A stretch of DNA of 62,995 bases, the filler included, from Octopus bimaculoides (Eukaryota), in NCBI RefSeq assembly GCF_001194135.2. It is 5 parts of 5 records of this genome, joined end to end, with 100 filler letters (N's around TTAATTAATTAA, not from the genome) between each part and the next. Parts side by side here need not be neighbours in the genome. Positions count along the whole stretch, not along the records: positions 1 to 28,006 come from NC_068981.1; 4 more parts are not named here. One strand, given 5' to 3'. Under the pieces are notes generated by a model that saw only the letters and a list, made by a program, of their open reading frames with translations, was not told the origin of the DNA and searched no databases. This document shows positions 1 through 11,355 of this stretch, piece by piece; position 1 is the first letter of the stretch, and each line of letters starts with the position of its first letter. Position numbers and translations under genes: made by a program.

Positions 1-15
1 TATATATATATATAT

Positions 16-181
16 AGGCGTAGGAGTGGCTGTGTGGTAAGTAGCTTGCTTACCAACTACATGGTCCCGGGTTCAGTCCCACTGCGTGGCATCTTGGGCA
101 AGTGTCTTCTACTATAGCCTCGGGACGACCAAAGCCTTGAGAGTGGATTTGGTAGACGGAAACTGAAAGAAGCCCGTCGTA
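16..181 (+). mobile_element. tRNA-derived SINE, family A, 5' half
   Basis: Head ggcgtaggagtggctgtgtggtaag with A-box-like TGGCTGTGTGG and B-box-like GGTTCAGTCCC. The same sequence recurs more than ten times in the window and ends in (TA)n. Confidence 0.85.
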
Positions 182-214
<33 letters not shown>

Positions 215-254
215 TGATATATATATATGTACATATATATAAATACAGACGTAT

Positions 255-730
255 ATACTTTATCAAAAAGGAGCAAAAATATCACAAAAACTGTTACTCA
301 GAGTTTCACGTTCTCGTTTGTCGGACAGTTTTGTTTAGAATGGAACAAAATTAAGGTTATATGCATAAATATATAATTAGTCTGATAGATGCACATTTGA
401 AAAGTGGTTTGTTTCATTGGTCATTTCAACTAACGGTCTTTTCAATATTCGGTTGCATGCAATACCAAATTGCGGTCTAAAATCTTATTATAAAAATCGA
501 AGAAAACCTTAAATCAAAAATAGCTGAGTACCCGGGGTAGATAATTAGCTGTAAAATATTAATAAATTAATAAATTAAAACATATATCCGTTCAAAAAAA
601 AATTCCACGCTATATTACATATAAATTTAGCAATATATACACATAATAGAGCATATTACTCTACCTCTGGTATTCGAGTGCTAATTTGTCCACCTTGTTC
701 TGCATTTATGCGCTTACTCTGATGTGCATA
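255..730. mobile_element. Non-coding Penelope-like (pLTR-type) repeat carrying a hammerhead-like motif
   Basis: Minus-strand hammerhead-like motif at 286-332 followed by an A-rich polyA-signal-like tract, as in Penelope-like termini. Boundaries are approximate. Confidence 0.4.
286..332 (-). ncRNA. Minimal type I hammerhead ribozyme-like motif, degenerate core
   Basis: Minus strand reads AAAACTGT CCGACAA ACG-AGAA-CGT GAAA CTC-T-GAG TA ACAGTTTT: 8-bp stem I, 3-bp stem II, GAAA, stem III CTC/GAG, GUA site. Core has U4C and G8A. Confidence 0.6.
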
Positions 731-1005
731 TGAATATATANNNNNNNNNNNNNNNNNNNNNNNNNNNNNNNNNNNNNNNNNNNNNNNNNNNNNNNNNNNN
801 NNNNNNNNNNNNNNNNNNNNNNNNNNNNNNNNNNNNNNNNNNNNNNNNNNNNNNNNNNNNNNNNNNNNNNNNNNNNNNNNNNNNNNNNNNNNNNNNNNNN
901 NNNNNNNNNNNNNNNNNNNNNNNNNNNNNNNNNNNNNNNNNNNNNNNNNNNNNNNNNNNNNNNNNNNNNNNNNNNNNNNNNNNNNNNNNNNNNNNNNNNN
1001 NNNNN

Positions 1006-1105
1006 GTATTCCGAAATATCATCGGGCTATGGATAACTAAATTACAACAGGCATATAGCCCATTGTTTGTATTATAGTGCATTGTTGTACCACTCCAAAC
1101 TTTTT

Positions 1106-1110
<5 letters not shown>
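1006..1110 (+). repeat. Partial copy of the 6734-7113 palindrome arm
   Basis: gtattccgaaatatcatcgggctatggataactaaattacaacagg... matches 7001-7105; begins at the end of the 741-1005 gap. Confidence 0.85.
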
Positions 1111-1143
<33 letters not shown>

Positions 1144-1150
1144 TAGATAG

Positions 1151-1190
<40 letters not shown>

Positions 1191-1559
1191 GTAGAACGTT
1201 GAAAAAGTTGAAAGCGGAAAAAAGTCAAGGTAGGAAATATATGTGTGTGTGTTCGTGTGTGTGGTATATATATACACATATACAAACAAACACACACATA
1301 TATGTGTATTTCTTCATTTCTCTAGCTTCTCACATATGCACAAAGAGAAATCATGTTTTCAATATTTAGAAAATAATTTTAGATATATCATTCCATAGGC
1401 TCTTCGGTGTATCCGGAATCGTAACTGATTATTTACGGGCAGACATTTCTTCGCATTTTATTCTGTAGTGGCACCTTCCATTTTTTACAGCTAATCGTAT
1501 TCATATATATACATACACTCCCCCCCCCCCACACACACACACACAAACACACACATTTA

Positions 1560-2370
1560 TATCAACTGTCGTCTAAGTTACGCAAAAATGAAAATAGAAC
1601 TGACATCTAATTTTAACAGATACATTTACCAAAATAACAAAATATCTTGAAATACTAAGGAGTAAAGTTATTCCATAAAATCGCCTTTTGCTTCAACCAC
1701 AGCCTCCAGACGACTTCTGAATCTCATGCAACTCTTCTGGACGGTCTCCTTGTTTAAGTTGGTGAAGGCTGGCATAATCCTTGCCGGCAGTTCAGGTTTG
1801 GGGTTACAAAGTGTTTTGTTGGTCCCTCGCTCAACTGAGCTCCAATCATAATAATCAAGGAGGTTGTAGTCTGGAGAGTTAAGTGGCCAGATGTTAGGGG
1901 TGATGTGGTTGTAGAACTTTTCAGGATTCTCCTGCTTGTGTGGCATGGTGCAGAGTCCTGTTGCCTGACATAGGCCCTTCCAGCAGCCACCCTTTTGACC
2001 CAAGGCAGCACTACCTCCACCAGGCACTTGATGTAGGCCTCCGTGGTGTGTGTGAGGCCGTGAGGGTAGATGAATGGAGATTACGTCGCCATTACTAGTG
2101 ATCTCTCCAAACACCATGATGTGGACTGGATGTTTGGCTTTTATCACTCTCGGTTCACATCCTCAGATTGTACTGTCTTCAGATTCGGAAATGTTTGTAA
2201 TGGAGCTTCGGACATCAATGCAAAGCGCTACATGTTTCCAAATTTATAGTAGAGTGAACTGCGTCATGGTGATACTTTTGTTGCAGACGGCGCCCAATTA
2301 ACCCTACAATACTGTGTAGTTGACAAAATCAAAATTTAAAAAATGCGCATGCGCAAAATTAAACATATAG
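1560..2370 (-). mobile_element. Degenerate Tc1/mariner transposon, DD37D (maT)-like
   Basis: Frameshifted transposase pieces KHPVHIMVFG, QQDSAPCHTSRR, HITPNIWPLNSPDYNLLDYY and RFRSRLEAVVEAKGDF. The QQDSAP..H and WPxNSPD.N.LDY motifs are DDD-type; the local indel prevents a direct D-D count. Confidence 0.8.
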
Positions 2371-2759
2371 ACTGGCGACAATTTACTCGTCGCACACTGT
2401 ATATATATGTACTAACACATACACACGCACTTAGAAATACCCAGACGCACGTACAAAGACACAGATACAGAGACCTATATCTATCTATCAATCTCTCTTG
2501 CCCTCCCGTTATACATCTATCTATCTATCTATATTTCTATATATCTGAGTGGATTGTTGATAGATCGTCTCCAAGTAAGTTGGCTTTATTTGTATATAAA
2601 AAAAAACTGTTTGTTGTTAAATATTTTTTGTCAAAGAGTTGTTTAACATTTTCTCCTTCAACCTAACTAAATCTTTTAATAGGAAATCCCCCCACTGTGA
2701 TTGATTTTCAAAATTAAAAAAAAATTATTCTGTTTTCTTTTGTCATCTTCTAAACGAAA

Positions 2760-4570
2760 ATGGCTAAATCAAACGAAGAAGCCAGCATTCCTCTCATTGA
2801 CTTTCCGCCACAACCGAAGCCGGAGGTGAGGGAGGCTGCAAAGAACGTCCTTTTGCTTGAACGTACAGACAAGAACACCAGCCTAGTCGTAGAAGATATG
2901 AACAAAGTAAAGACAACGTCTACTACTACAAACACTGCCTCCATCACTGCCACCACCACCACCACCATCACCACCATAACCAATAAGAACACAAAATAAT
3001 TTTACCGAAGATTTAAAGCTAAAAAAAACAATTATGACCTTTTCGAAGAAAGAACTGCTTGCTTGCAAGACAATGTTTAAAAACGATGAACTCATTATAC
3101 AACTGCAAACACCGCAAAAAATCATACAAGACATTTCAGAAAAAACAATCATATATAAGATACTCAACTTAAAAACAAAACCTTTCGAAACTGCTTCCCA
3201 AGAAACAGTAGAAAAAATGTTTAAGGCCCATATGGGCCTTTAAAGAGTACATCACCAGAGGGGAAAAAATTCCTCCGATTGAAGTTAGATTCGAGTGTGA
3301 AAAACGAGTCAAAGACCTCTCTACGAAGTCTTTGGAATACGAAAACCTAATCATGATCCCTACATACCTTGGTCGTAGGGTCACAGAAATAAAAAAATCA
3401 AAGACGTGCCTCCCTGAGATACAAATAAAATGGTTTGTGTCTGCCATTTGTTATGATATCGATGATGCAATCCACATCTTCGAAACCGCTGTCCCAGACC
3501 AGTAAGATTGGATTGGTCAGGGAGTAGAAATCCTTACTCAAGTTGATCCAATCAGTATTGAAATGATTCTACATCTCATCAAACTGGCGGACGGTTCGAA
3601 TTTACATGTGGCTGTCGAAGGCAAAAAGCCACGTTGCTACGTTTGTGGTAGCAAAACACACTTAAAAACTAATTGCTAATTAGCACAAAAACAACAACAA
3701 CAACAGCAACAACAACAAAAACAGCAACAGCATCATCATCAACAATAACAACATCCACAACAACAACAATCACAACAACAAGAAAACAAGAAACAAAGTA
3801 AAAAACCACACCACCATATGCACACCACTATATGCACAACTGCTAAAACAGGTCTGCCAACAAATGAAAGAACATCAACAACCAAACAAGCCAGTCCAAC
3901 CATACGACACCACCATCAGCGTCACTAAGAACAGAAACAACAGCATCACCACCACCACCAACAACAACAACTCCAAAGGAAGACAAGGAAAACAAAAGGA
4001 CTGACACCCCACACCCAAAAACCCATACACCACTTCTCAACTGTTACCAATCAGTACCAGCACCAACAACAAAATCAACATTAACATACTCAGAAATAGT
4101 AGACCCCAATACGCTTCCCCTCACACTTTCAGATGAAGACAACCCAGAGGATTGGCAAGTGGCCCCAAGGGGAAGGAGAAAGGGGGGGGGGCAGGATTCA
4201 GAAGCAAACAAACAAAGCAGGGAAGTTTACCAATCCCAAAACCAAAAGACCCGCAGAAAACAAAAGCATTAACACAAACACACAAACACCAAATGACGCC
4301 ACAATGTTGACAGCTATAAACACTAACGATTCAGACCTAATGGAATACATTAGGTCAAAGACTAGCATAACAGAAAACGATGCCAAAACAAATAATCACC
4401 CATGCACAACACCACTACAACGCATTAAAATCATACATATAACAAAGAACACACACAACACACTGAAATCTCTCTACCCGGATGCAGTAGGGAGATTTCA
4501 AAAATACCTCTCTAAAAAACTGTACAAAAACCTTCTGGAAGAAGACTGTGTGGTGAAGGACAAATAGATT
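2760..4570 (+). pseudogene. Disrupted ORF1 of an L1/Tx1-type LINE with a CCHC zinc knuckle
   Basis: Frameshifted ORF pieces; LHVAVEGKKPRCYVCGSKTHLKTNC at 3602-3676 is CX2CX4HX4C; Thr- and Gln-rich tracts; lies directly upstream of an endonuclease/RT ORF. Confidence 0.75.
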
Positions 4571-4582
4571 TCAAACAGTAAA

Positions 4583-4585
<3 letters not shown>

Positions 4586-4677
<92 letters not shown>
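4586..4677. repeat. (CT)n microsatellite between LINE ORF1 and ORF2
   Basis: About 45 CT units, read directly. Confidence 0.95.
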
Positions 4678-4679
<2 letters not shown>

Positions 4680-4726
4680 CTCTTTCATCTTCCTTTCGTG
4701 TGTAAAACACAACTTTCGATTGGAAG

Positions 4727-6593
4727 ATGCTCAAAATAAGCTGTATAAATGTACGTGGCTTGGAGTCGCCTTGGAAACAAGGATACCTATTAAATAACAT
4801 AAGGTCACATAATGTGCATATCATAGCTATCAGTGAGACCAGACTCCACAACCAGCAGGTTTTTCCAGCAATATTCGGCAGACATCTCGACATTTGTTTT
4901 TCTCCGTGTCTGCCGAGGATGGGCGGAGGTGTTACCGTAGTGCTTTTTCGGACGAGTCTGGACCTCACAGAACCTGAACCAGGGATGAGGGGAGACTGGT
5001 CGTCTTGGATGTCCATGGCAGTAATGGATATGCTTTTCGACTGATAACAGTTTATTCACCGTCCTTAAAAGGTCGGCCAGATTTTCTTTCAACGTCTAGA
5101 GGTTTTAACACTACCTTGGACACGCATCTAGACTACGTGGACAGAGATAGGAGTAGGAAGGGATGTAAATACCTCAAAGATCTGCTCAGACGTTTCGAAC
5201 TCTCTGACAGGTACCAACTGGACCATCAAGATGTGCCAATGTGGACATAGAACAACCGCATCGGGTCGTCCAGATCGTATTTAGATAGAATATTCTGTAG
5301 GACAGTGGATCGTGTAGGTTGTCCACAATTCCATATAATCAGCTGCACAAATAAGAAATTTGTGAATTGTACACTTGACTTAGATAAGAACCACAGGCAG
5401 GGTCCGTTTACTGGAAGCTGAATGCGTCGTTCACGGCACGCCAGGTTTGAGGGACCAGATTAGCACATTAGTTAAGAGAGCACTGACGGACAGCATCGTC
5501 AACAATGGATAGTGGTATGCCCTAAAGAAAGCAATTAAAGCAGAATCGGTTAGGTATAGTAAGGCTATAGCATTACACCGAAATAGAATAGAGGGAAACC
5601 TAGTTAAGAAATCAGAAGAAGCATATAGAACTGGCATCGCGTCCAGGTGGTGGCGAAGGTTGGATTTCGACCAACACTTCAACGCCAAACACGAAGAATG
5701 CGTTGTCAGAGCTAGGATGCCTGCTCTGAGGAACAAAGGAGATAGAGCCACCCGAGTGACACGAGTGGTGGAGGCGCAACGAGGTAACAAATCCACCATT
5801 TGGTCTCTGTCAGATAAACAATGGCGCGAATTACTCGAGTCCGAAAGGATGTGTGAGACCTTTCAACAACACTTTACCCAACTGTTCGAGACAACTGGTG
5901 GGTCAGAACGCAGGGTGGACTTTAGTGCCTACTTGCATGGCCTGCCTCGTCTCTCGGCAAGAGAGGCTGAGTGTTGTGAAAGACCCATCACAGCCGAGGA
6001 CCTACGGGATGCGATGGCAAGCTGCATGGGAGACAAGTCGCCAGGCTTGGATAGTCTATCCTACGAGCTCTGCTCTCATATGTCAGGCTTGTTTGGAGGC
6101 GTTTTAGCAGCGGTCTACTGCAACTATTAGCAAAACGGGAGTATCCCCGTTTCTGTGAAGCGAGGAGCGGTGGTACTGATAAAGAAAGATCCAAACAAGA
6201 GGAACGTCAAAGATATCTTCAGGTCCATTACTCTACTCAACGCAGATTCGAAGATTTTGGCCGAGGTGCTAGCCGAGAGGTTGGCGCGTGTCATCGTGAA
6301 AATGGTCGACAAGGCGCAAACATGCGCCGTGCCGGAGTATCCATGACAACCTCCATCTGATGCGTTACATCATAGACAGGGTAGTTAACAAACCTGGCAT
6401 GGGTGGGGCGCTGATCAATTTAGATCAATCGAAAGCTTTCGATAGGGTCAACCATCGCTGAGTGGAGGCTGTCCTTAGAATGGCTGGTTTCGGTCCCGTC
6501 TTCCGCGGTTGGATCGCTGCCTGATACAGCGACATCCGCTCGGTAGTTCGCGTAAACGGTCATCTGTCCAGACCATTTAACATCACACGTTCA
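4727..6593 (+). pseudogene. Disrupted ORF2 (APE endonuclease plus N-terminal RT) of an L1/Tx1-type LINE, 3'-truncated
   Basis: MLKISCINVRGL...IAISETRL (APE start), DKSPGLDSL, FRSITLLNADSKILAEVLAERL, INLDQSKAFDRVNHR. Ends at FNITRS, just before the expected QG..LSP and YADD motifs. Multiple stops and frameshifts. Confidence 0.9.
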
Positions 6594-6831
6594 CTATGAC
6601 AGTAATCGAGAATTAATGAATTCATGACAAAATTTTTGAGTCTTCACGTGAAGGAACGGTTCTCGACAATTCATGAACCTGTATGTTTTTGTCACTCGAT
6701 TCGTCTGAGTATAGTTATTACCTGTTATCTTAAGTTTGTAAAGAATGAAAACTTTTGAATGGTGTAAAAATGCACAATAATACAAAAAATGGACTATATA
6801 TCTGTTGTAATATTGTTATCCATAATCCGAT

Positions 6832-6860
6832 GATATTTCGGAATACAATTCCTTCTTCAG
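6832..6860 (-). ncRNA. Hammerhead core, left arm of the palindrome
   Basis: CTGAAGA A GGAAT-TGT-ATTCC GAAA TA TC on the minus strand; only 2 bp of stem I visible. Confidence 0.5.
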
Positions 6861-6986
6861 ATATTTTTAGATGGAGTCGCTGCTATAATCTGTTTTCCAA
6901 CGGCTTTTCTTTTTTCGGAAGCGTCTTTCCGAAAAAAGAAAAGCCGTTGGAAAACAGATTATAGCAGCGACTCCATCTAAGAATAT

Positions 6987-7015
6987 CTGAAGAAGGAATT
7001 GTATTCCGAAATATC
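6987..7015 (+). ncRNA. Hammerhead core, right arm of the palindrome
   Basis: CTGAAGA (6987-6993), A, stem II GGAAT/ATTCC, GAAA (7008-7011), palindromic ATAT stem III, AUC site; stem I only 2 bp. Confidence 0.5.
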
Positions 7016-7597
7016 ATCGGATTGTGGATAACTAAATTACAACAGGTATATAGTCCATTTTTTGTATTATAGTGCATTGTTGAACCATTCAAAGCTTTTT
7101 ATTCTTTACAAACAATACAAAATGCTTCAAGCGAACTACAATACTGTCCTATCTTAAGTTTGTTTCGTACGTATTGATTCTGTTTAGTGCTCAGGGCAAT
7201 TATTCAACAGTTGACTGTGGACACTCTCTGAGTTACCTTTTGATATCTTGAAAGATCTGTTACTTCTAGGGTGGTCTTTTTAATTTCCGTTATCTCTGTA
7301 GCTGCATCTAAACAAGGGAAGTATTTGCTATTAATATAGAAAAAACAATAACCCTGCAACAAACTCCTTCTTCAGCTTGTAGTTTTTGCTGTGTTGGCTG
7401 ATCGAGAGATTCTATGTCATTCATCTAGCGTGCATAAAAAACGAGGCGACACAAATAGATTCTTCTCAACCAACTTACCCTATGCCGCTGTATTACAAAG
7501 AATATCGTATACTAAAGTCATACTTCGTGATTGTAAATCAGCGAGTTCTTCTATGTGACGAGTATGTATTCAATATATCTATACAATAAATAGGCAG

Positions 7598-7702
7598 AAT
7601 AGAAAATCTCCTGAATCTTTTGCCGAACAGCAAAGTTACGGGGACGTAAACACTCTAACATCGGTTGTAAGCCGATGGTAGGGGGAGAAACAGACACTCA
7701 CG
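7598..7702 (-). mobile_element. SINE family A fragment
   Basis: ttttgccgaacagcaaagttacggggacgtaaacac... matches the 3' half of family A. Confidence 0.7.
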
Positions 7703-7782
7703 TGCATATGTATATATATATATATAGAAAGAATGAGATAAAGAGACCAATGGCATAAATAAATTTATATTTTATGTAGAAT

Positions 7783-7831
7783 GTCTTACAGCTCTTTCAA
7801 GGAATATCCAATGTATCCCTTCATCGGAGAC
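7783..7831 (-). ncRNA. Hammerhead motif, left arm, mutated
   Basis: GTCT CCGATGA AGGG..CCTT GAAA G AGCT GTA AGAC. U4C in the core and the 15.2-16.2 pair is lost; palindromic AGCT loop III. Confidence 0.65.
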
Positions 7832-8152
7832 GGTAATAGTAGAAGATAAAGATTATTACATCTGTATGGGGAGATTTGCAGTAGGAATTAAGATTGATGC
7901 GTAGAAGAAGAAAATAAAGATGAAAACAACGCACAGAGTAAATTGGATACGAAATTATATATATCCACCAATATAACTACAATTATCACTGGAAAATACC
8001 CATACGGATTCTATACATGGATATTTACTTTTGGAATGTAACTATACTCCAAGTACTTTTTCTTCTTTGCCTTTTATTCTACGCATCGCTCTCATTTCCT
8101 ACTGAAAAATCTCCTCATACAGATGTAATAATCCTTATCTTCTACTATTAAC

Positions 8153-8201
8153 GTCTCTGATGAAGGGGTACATTGAATTTTCCCTGAAACTGCTGTAAGA
8201 C
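8153..8201 (+). ncRNA. Minimal type I hammerhead ribozyme with canonical core
   Basis: GTCT (stem I) CTGATGA AGGG-14nt-CCCT (stem II) GAAA C-TGCT-G TA (GUA, cut after 8197) AGAC (stem I'). All conserved core positions are present. Confidence 0.85.
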
Positions 8202-8430
8202 ATTCTACATAAAATATAAATTTATTTATGCCATTGGTCTCTTTATCTCATTCTTTCTATATATACACACGCTAATGCACGACCCATGTTATATTCTCCA
8301 TTCATGTTGCAACCACATCTGGGGCAAAACTAGTCGGTATACAGGACTTACTCGGTATTACCTGTATCATTCGGGTCTGGTTGACTGCATTACCCTTCAT
8401 AACCTTTATATATATACATATATATATATA

Positions 8431-8596
8431 TACGACGGGCTTCTTTCAGTTCCAGTCTACCAAATCCACTCACAAGGCTTTGGTCGGCCCGAGGTTATAG
8501 TAGAAAAAACGTGCCCAAAGTGCCAAGCATTGGAGCTGAAACCCGAACCATGTGGTTGGAAAGCAAGCTATTTACCACGCAGCCACTCATGCGCTT
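8431..8596 (-). mobile_element. SINE family A, 5' half
   Basis: Reverse complement of the 16-181 sequence. Confidence 0.85.
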
Positions 8597-8769
8597 CGTG
8601 TATGAATAACTATCAAATTAAATGAAAAATGTTAAGATGTACCAATTTCTGTATTCTTCCTAATTGTATGGAATTTACACTCATGTTAGTATTCATAATC
8701 CAGATAAGCATCCGGAGTTACCAGTAACAAGAGCTATTGTAGAATTGCTCATACAAAGCGATCATTGAG

Positions 8770-8848
<79 letters not shown>

Positions 8849-9375
8849 TATTATGTACGTGCATATCTATCTAATAATATAAATAATATATAAATACATG
8901 CATATATCCATACATATATGTACATACCCACATCTATATGTATGCATACATGCATATATGGGTACAGGACATCACAAAAGCGTTAAACACAATGAGAAAC
9001 GAAAACATAAAAACGAAAACATAGAAAACGAACTTTTTTCAAACAACGAAAAAACAAACAGAGAAAGGGACATGCAACATAAAGAGTATACCCCTTCGTC
9101 AGTTGTCCCTGTTTCATCTACTCCACGCTTCGAAGGCAAGGACAATACACAACTTCGTTGAAACAGTCCTTCCCGCAAAGCAAATTAAATAAAATTTGGG
9201 AGTTTTTGCGGAGGGTGAAAGTGTTAACAAGAACATAATAGTGAGAACAAAACAGTAAAAACAAACGCTGAGGGCTGTTGAGCCAAGACAATAGAAAAGT
9301 TATTATGAACGCTCGGTAGACGAGCCATGAGGAGACAGGAAAAGGCACGTCTTTTCTTTAGCAAGGAAGTGGACA

Positions 9376-9431
<56 letters not shown>

Positions 9432-9460
9432 TTAACTGTCTGTTTGTCTGTCTGTCTTTG

Positions 9461-9539
<79 letters not shown>

Positions 9540-9699
9540 GCGGTCGTACGAGGTTAAGTCGAAAGTTTTTAGGATTTTCACTGATGAATTTTGAAATGTA
9601 TCGCCATTATATATCATTATTTTGACACCTTATCCAATCGTTGCTGAATTGTTTATTCTTCCTTTTCATGTATAATATATAAAAATGAATTGTTTATTT

Positions 9700-10160
9700 T
9701 TCATTTTACAATTTTGATTATGAGTGGTGAAAACATTACAATTAGAGCTGTTTTATGTTATCTTTCGAAGAAATGAAGCGAGCGCAGCGGAAAAAGAAAT
9801 GAATGATATGGACTGTCCAGGAACTGTCCACAAACATGACACAAAAATGGTTCAGAGGATTCAAGGAAAACAAATCAAGGTCAGGGAAACCTTCTCTTGT
9901 TGAAGATGAGGCCTTTCTTGAAATAGCTGAAGAACAGCCAAGCATAAGCACTCATATATTTCCGGAAGAACTTGGTCCTTCACAAATCACTATCAATCGT
10001 GGTCGCCAAAAGTTCAGCATTTTGTTAAGACGTTGCCGATAAGTTACTCATGAACGACATGTGAATATTTGCAAACAACCGTTAGCAAATCCTCCAGATG
10101 TCCGTTCTTTTCTTTGAATTGTAAGTGGGAATAAAAAATGGATCTATTTTCGAAATCCTA
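9700..10160 (+). mobile_element. Degenerate mariner transposase fragment (N-terminal half)
   Basis: WFRGFKENKSRSGKPSLVEDEAFLEIAEEQPSISTHIFPEELGPSQITI (HTH region), then IVSGNKKWIYFRN resembling IVTGDEKW. Confidence 0.75.
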
Positions 10161-10249
10161 ATAAGAGATATGCATGTGGGCGTGTGTGTGTGAGCGTGAG
10201 GATGATTTCCTGCATAAACTAATTGACTGTGTTGTCGACTCCTGCAAAA

Positions 10250-10875
10250 CAGGGATAAGAATTAATGTTGCGATGATTGAACCACTGGAGACGTTTAAAT
10301 ATTTCAGAATCGTATTCACGTATGATGGAAGGCAGGAAGATGAAGTGGACGCGAGAATTGCAGGAGCTGGCACACCCCTGCGCCGATGCCTGCATTTTAT
10401 CCACAAGAGAGATTGGTAATCTAACTAAACTCGTTACCTTCAATTCGGTTTTCGTTCCTATCTTCACGTAGAGTCATGAATGTTAGGTAACAACCGAAAG
10501 AGTACGATCTCGAAGATAAGCGCCCGAAGAGTCCCTGGAGCAACTGTTACTCAACAGAGTAAGTAACTCGGAGATCAGACGGTTTCTCTAGGCTGAGTCA
10601 GTGCTTCTCATAGATAGGTCAGACTTCCGATATGATGAACATATGATTAGAATGGTACAGGAAAGAATCATAAGATGGTTTCTTCAAGCTAAGCTAGTCG
10701 TTATGAAACCTTGGAGTATATCAGGAACGAGATAGTGGATAATATCCATAATTTATTTTGCCGCGCTTGGGAATCCAGACGGAGAATCTAATCACAGTTG
10801 TTTCTGAGAGGAATCTGTGGAGGACATACCAAGACATTCTACACCCATAACCTGCAAGGTAGAGTGAGCGGAGAA
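10250..10875 (+). mobile_element. RTE-clade LINE fragment (RT C-terminus to 3' region)
   Basis: ETFKYFRIVFTYDGRQEDEVDARIAGA and KLVTFNSVFVPIFT*SHEC*VTTERVRS resemble RTE FKYLG..F..DG....E...RI..A and F.P.LTYGHE.WV.TER. Confidence 0.75.
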
Positions 10876-10974
10876 GTTGGATGGATGGATAGCAATATGC
10901 TAAATCGCAATTATTAGTCTAAAAATATCTTGCAGTAGTATTCATACATTAGTTTAATGTTTTATTATATTTTT

Positions 10975-11355
10975 ATCCTTTTACATCTTTTTGTCATTGG
11001 ACTGGAACCACACTGGAGCAAAACCTCAAAGACTTTAGTCAAATAAGTTGAGCCCAGTAGTAAATTTTACGTGTGTTACTTGTTATGCCTGTCTCTTTCA
11101 CCTAAAGGGTATCTAAACATACCCACACCAGTAAACAAAGATACACACAGACTCACAACACACATAACACATACATACATACATTCATACATGTGTGTGA
11201 GCGTCAGTCAAATCCACTTCCTGTCAGTCAAATCCACTCACAAAACTGATCGGCACGGAGCTATAGAAGACACTTTGTGAAGATGCCGCACAGTGAGATT
11301 GAACCTAAAATGACATAAATGCAAATCGAGCTTCTTAACTACAAAGCCATGCCTG
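10975..11355 (-). mobile_element. Diverged SINE family A
   Basis: Recognisable blocks such as caaatccactcacaa, gctatagaagacact and cgcacagtgagattgaacc. Confidence 0.6.

Larger units (their letters stand above)
6734..7113. mobile_element. 380-bp foldback palindrome (187-bp arms, 6-nt loop) with a hammerhead core in each arm
   Basis: 6734-6920 is the reverse complement of 6927-7113 with no net indel; loop gcgtct. The inner ~100 bp has one mismatch and the outer part more. Confidence 0.9.
7727..8257. mobile_element. 531-bp foldback element (~180-bp arms, TA flanks) with back-to-back hammerhead motifs
   Basis: 7727-7792 is the exact reverse complement of 8192-8257 (66 bp). Looser pairing continues to about 7906/8077; flanked by TA runs. 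Confidence 0.9.

Noticed and set aside
9085-9140. CTGACGAAGGGG (minus) and CTGATGAAGGAATATTCC at about 57914
   Set aside because: First half of a hammerhead core, but no correctly placed GAAA with stems I and III could be built.
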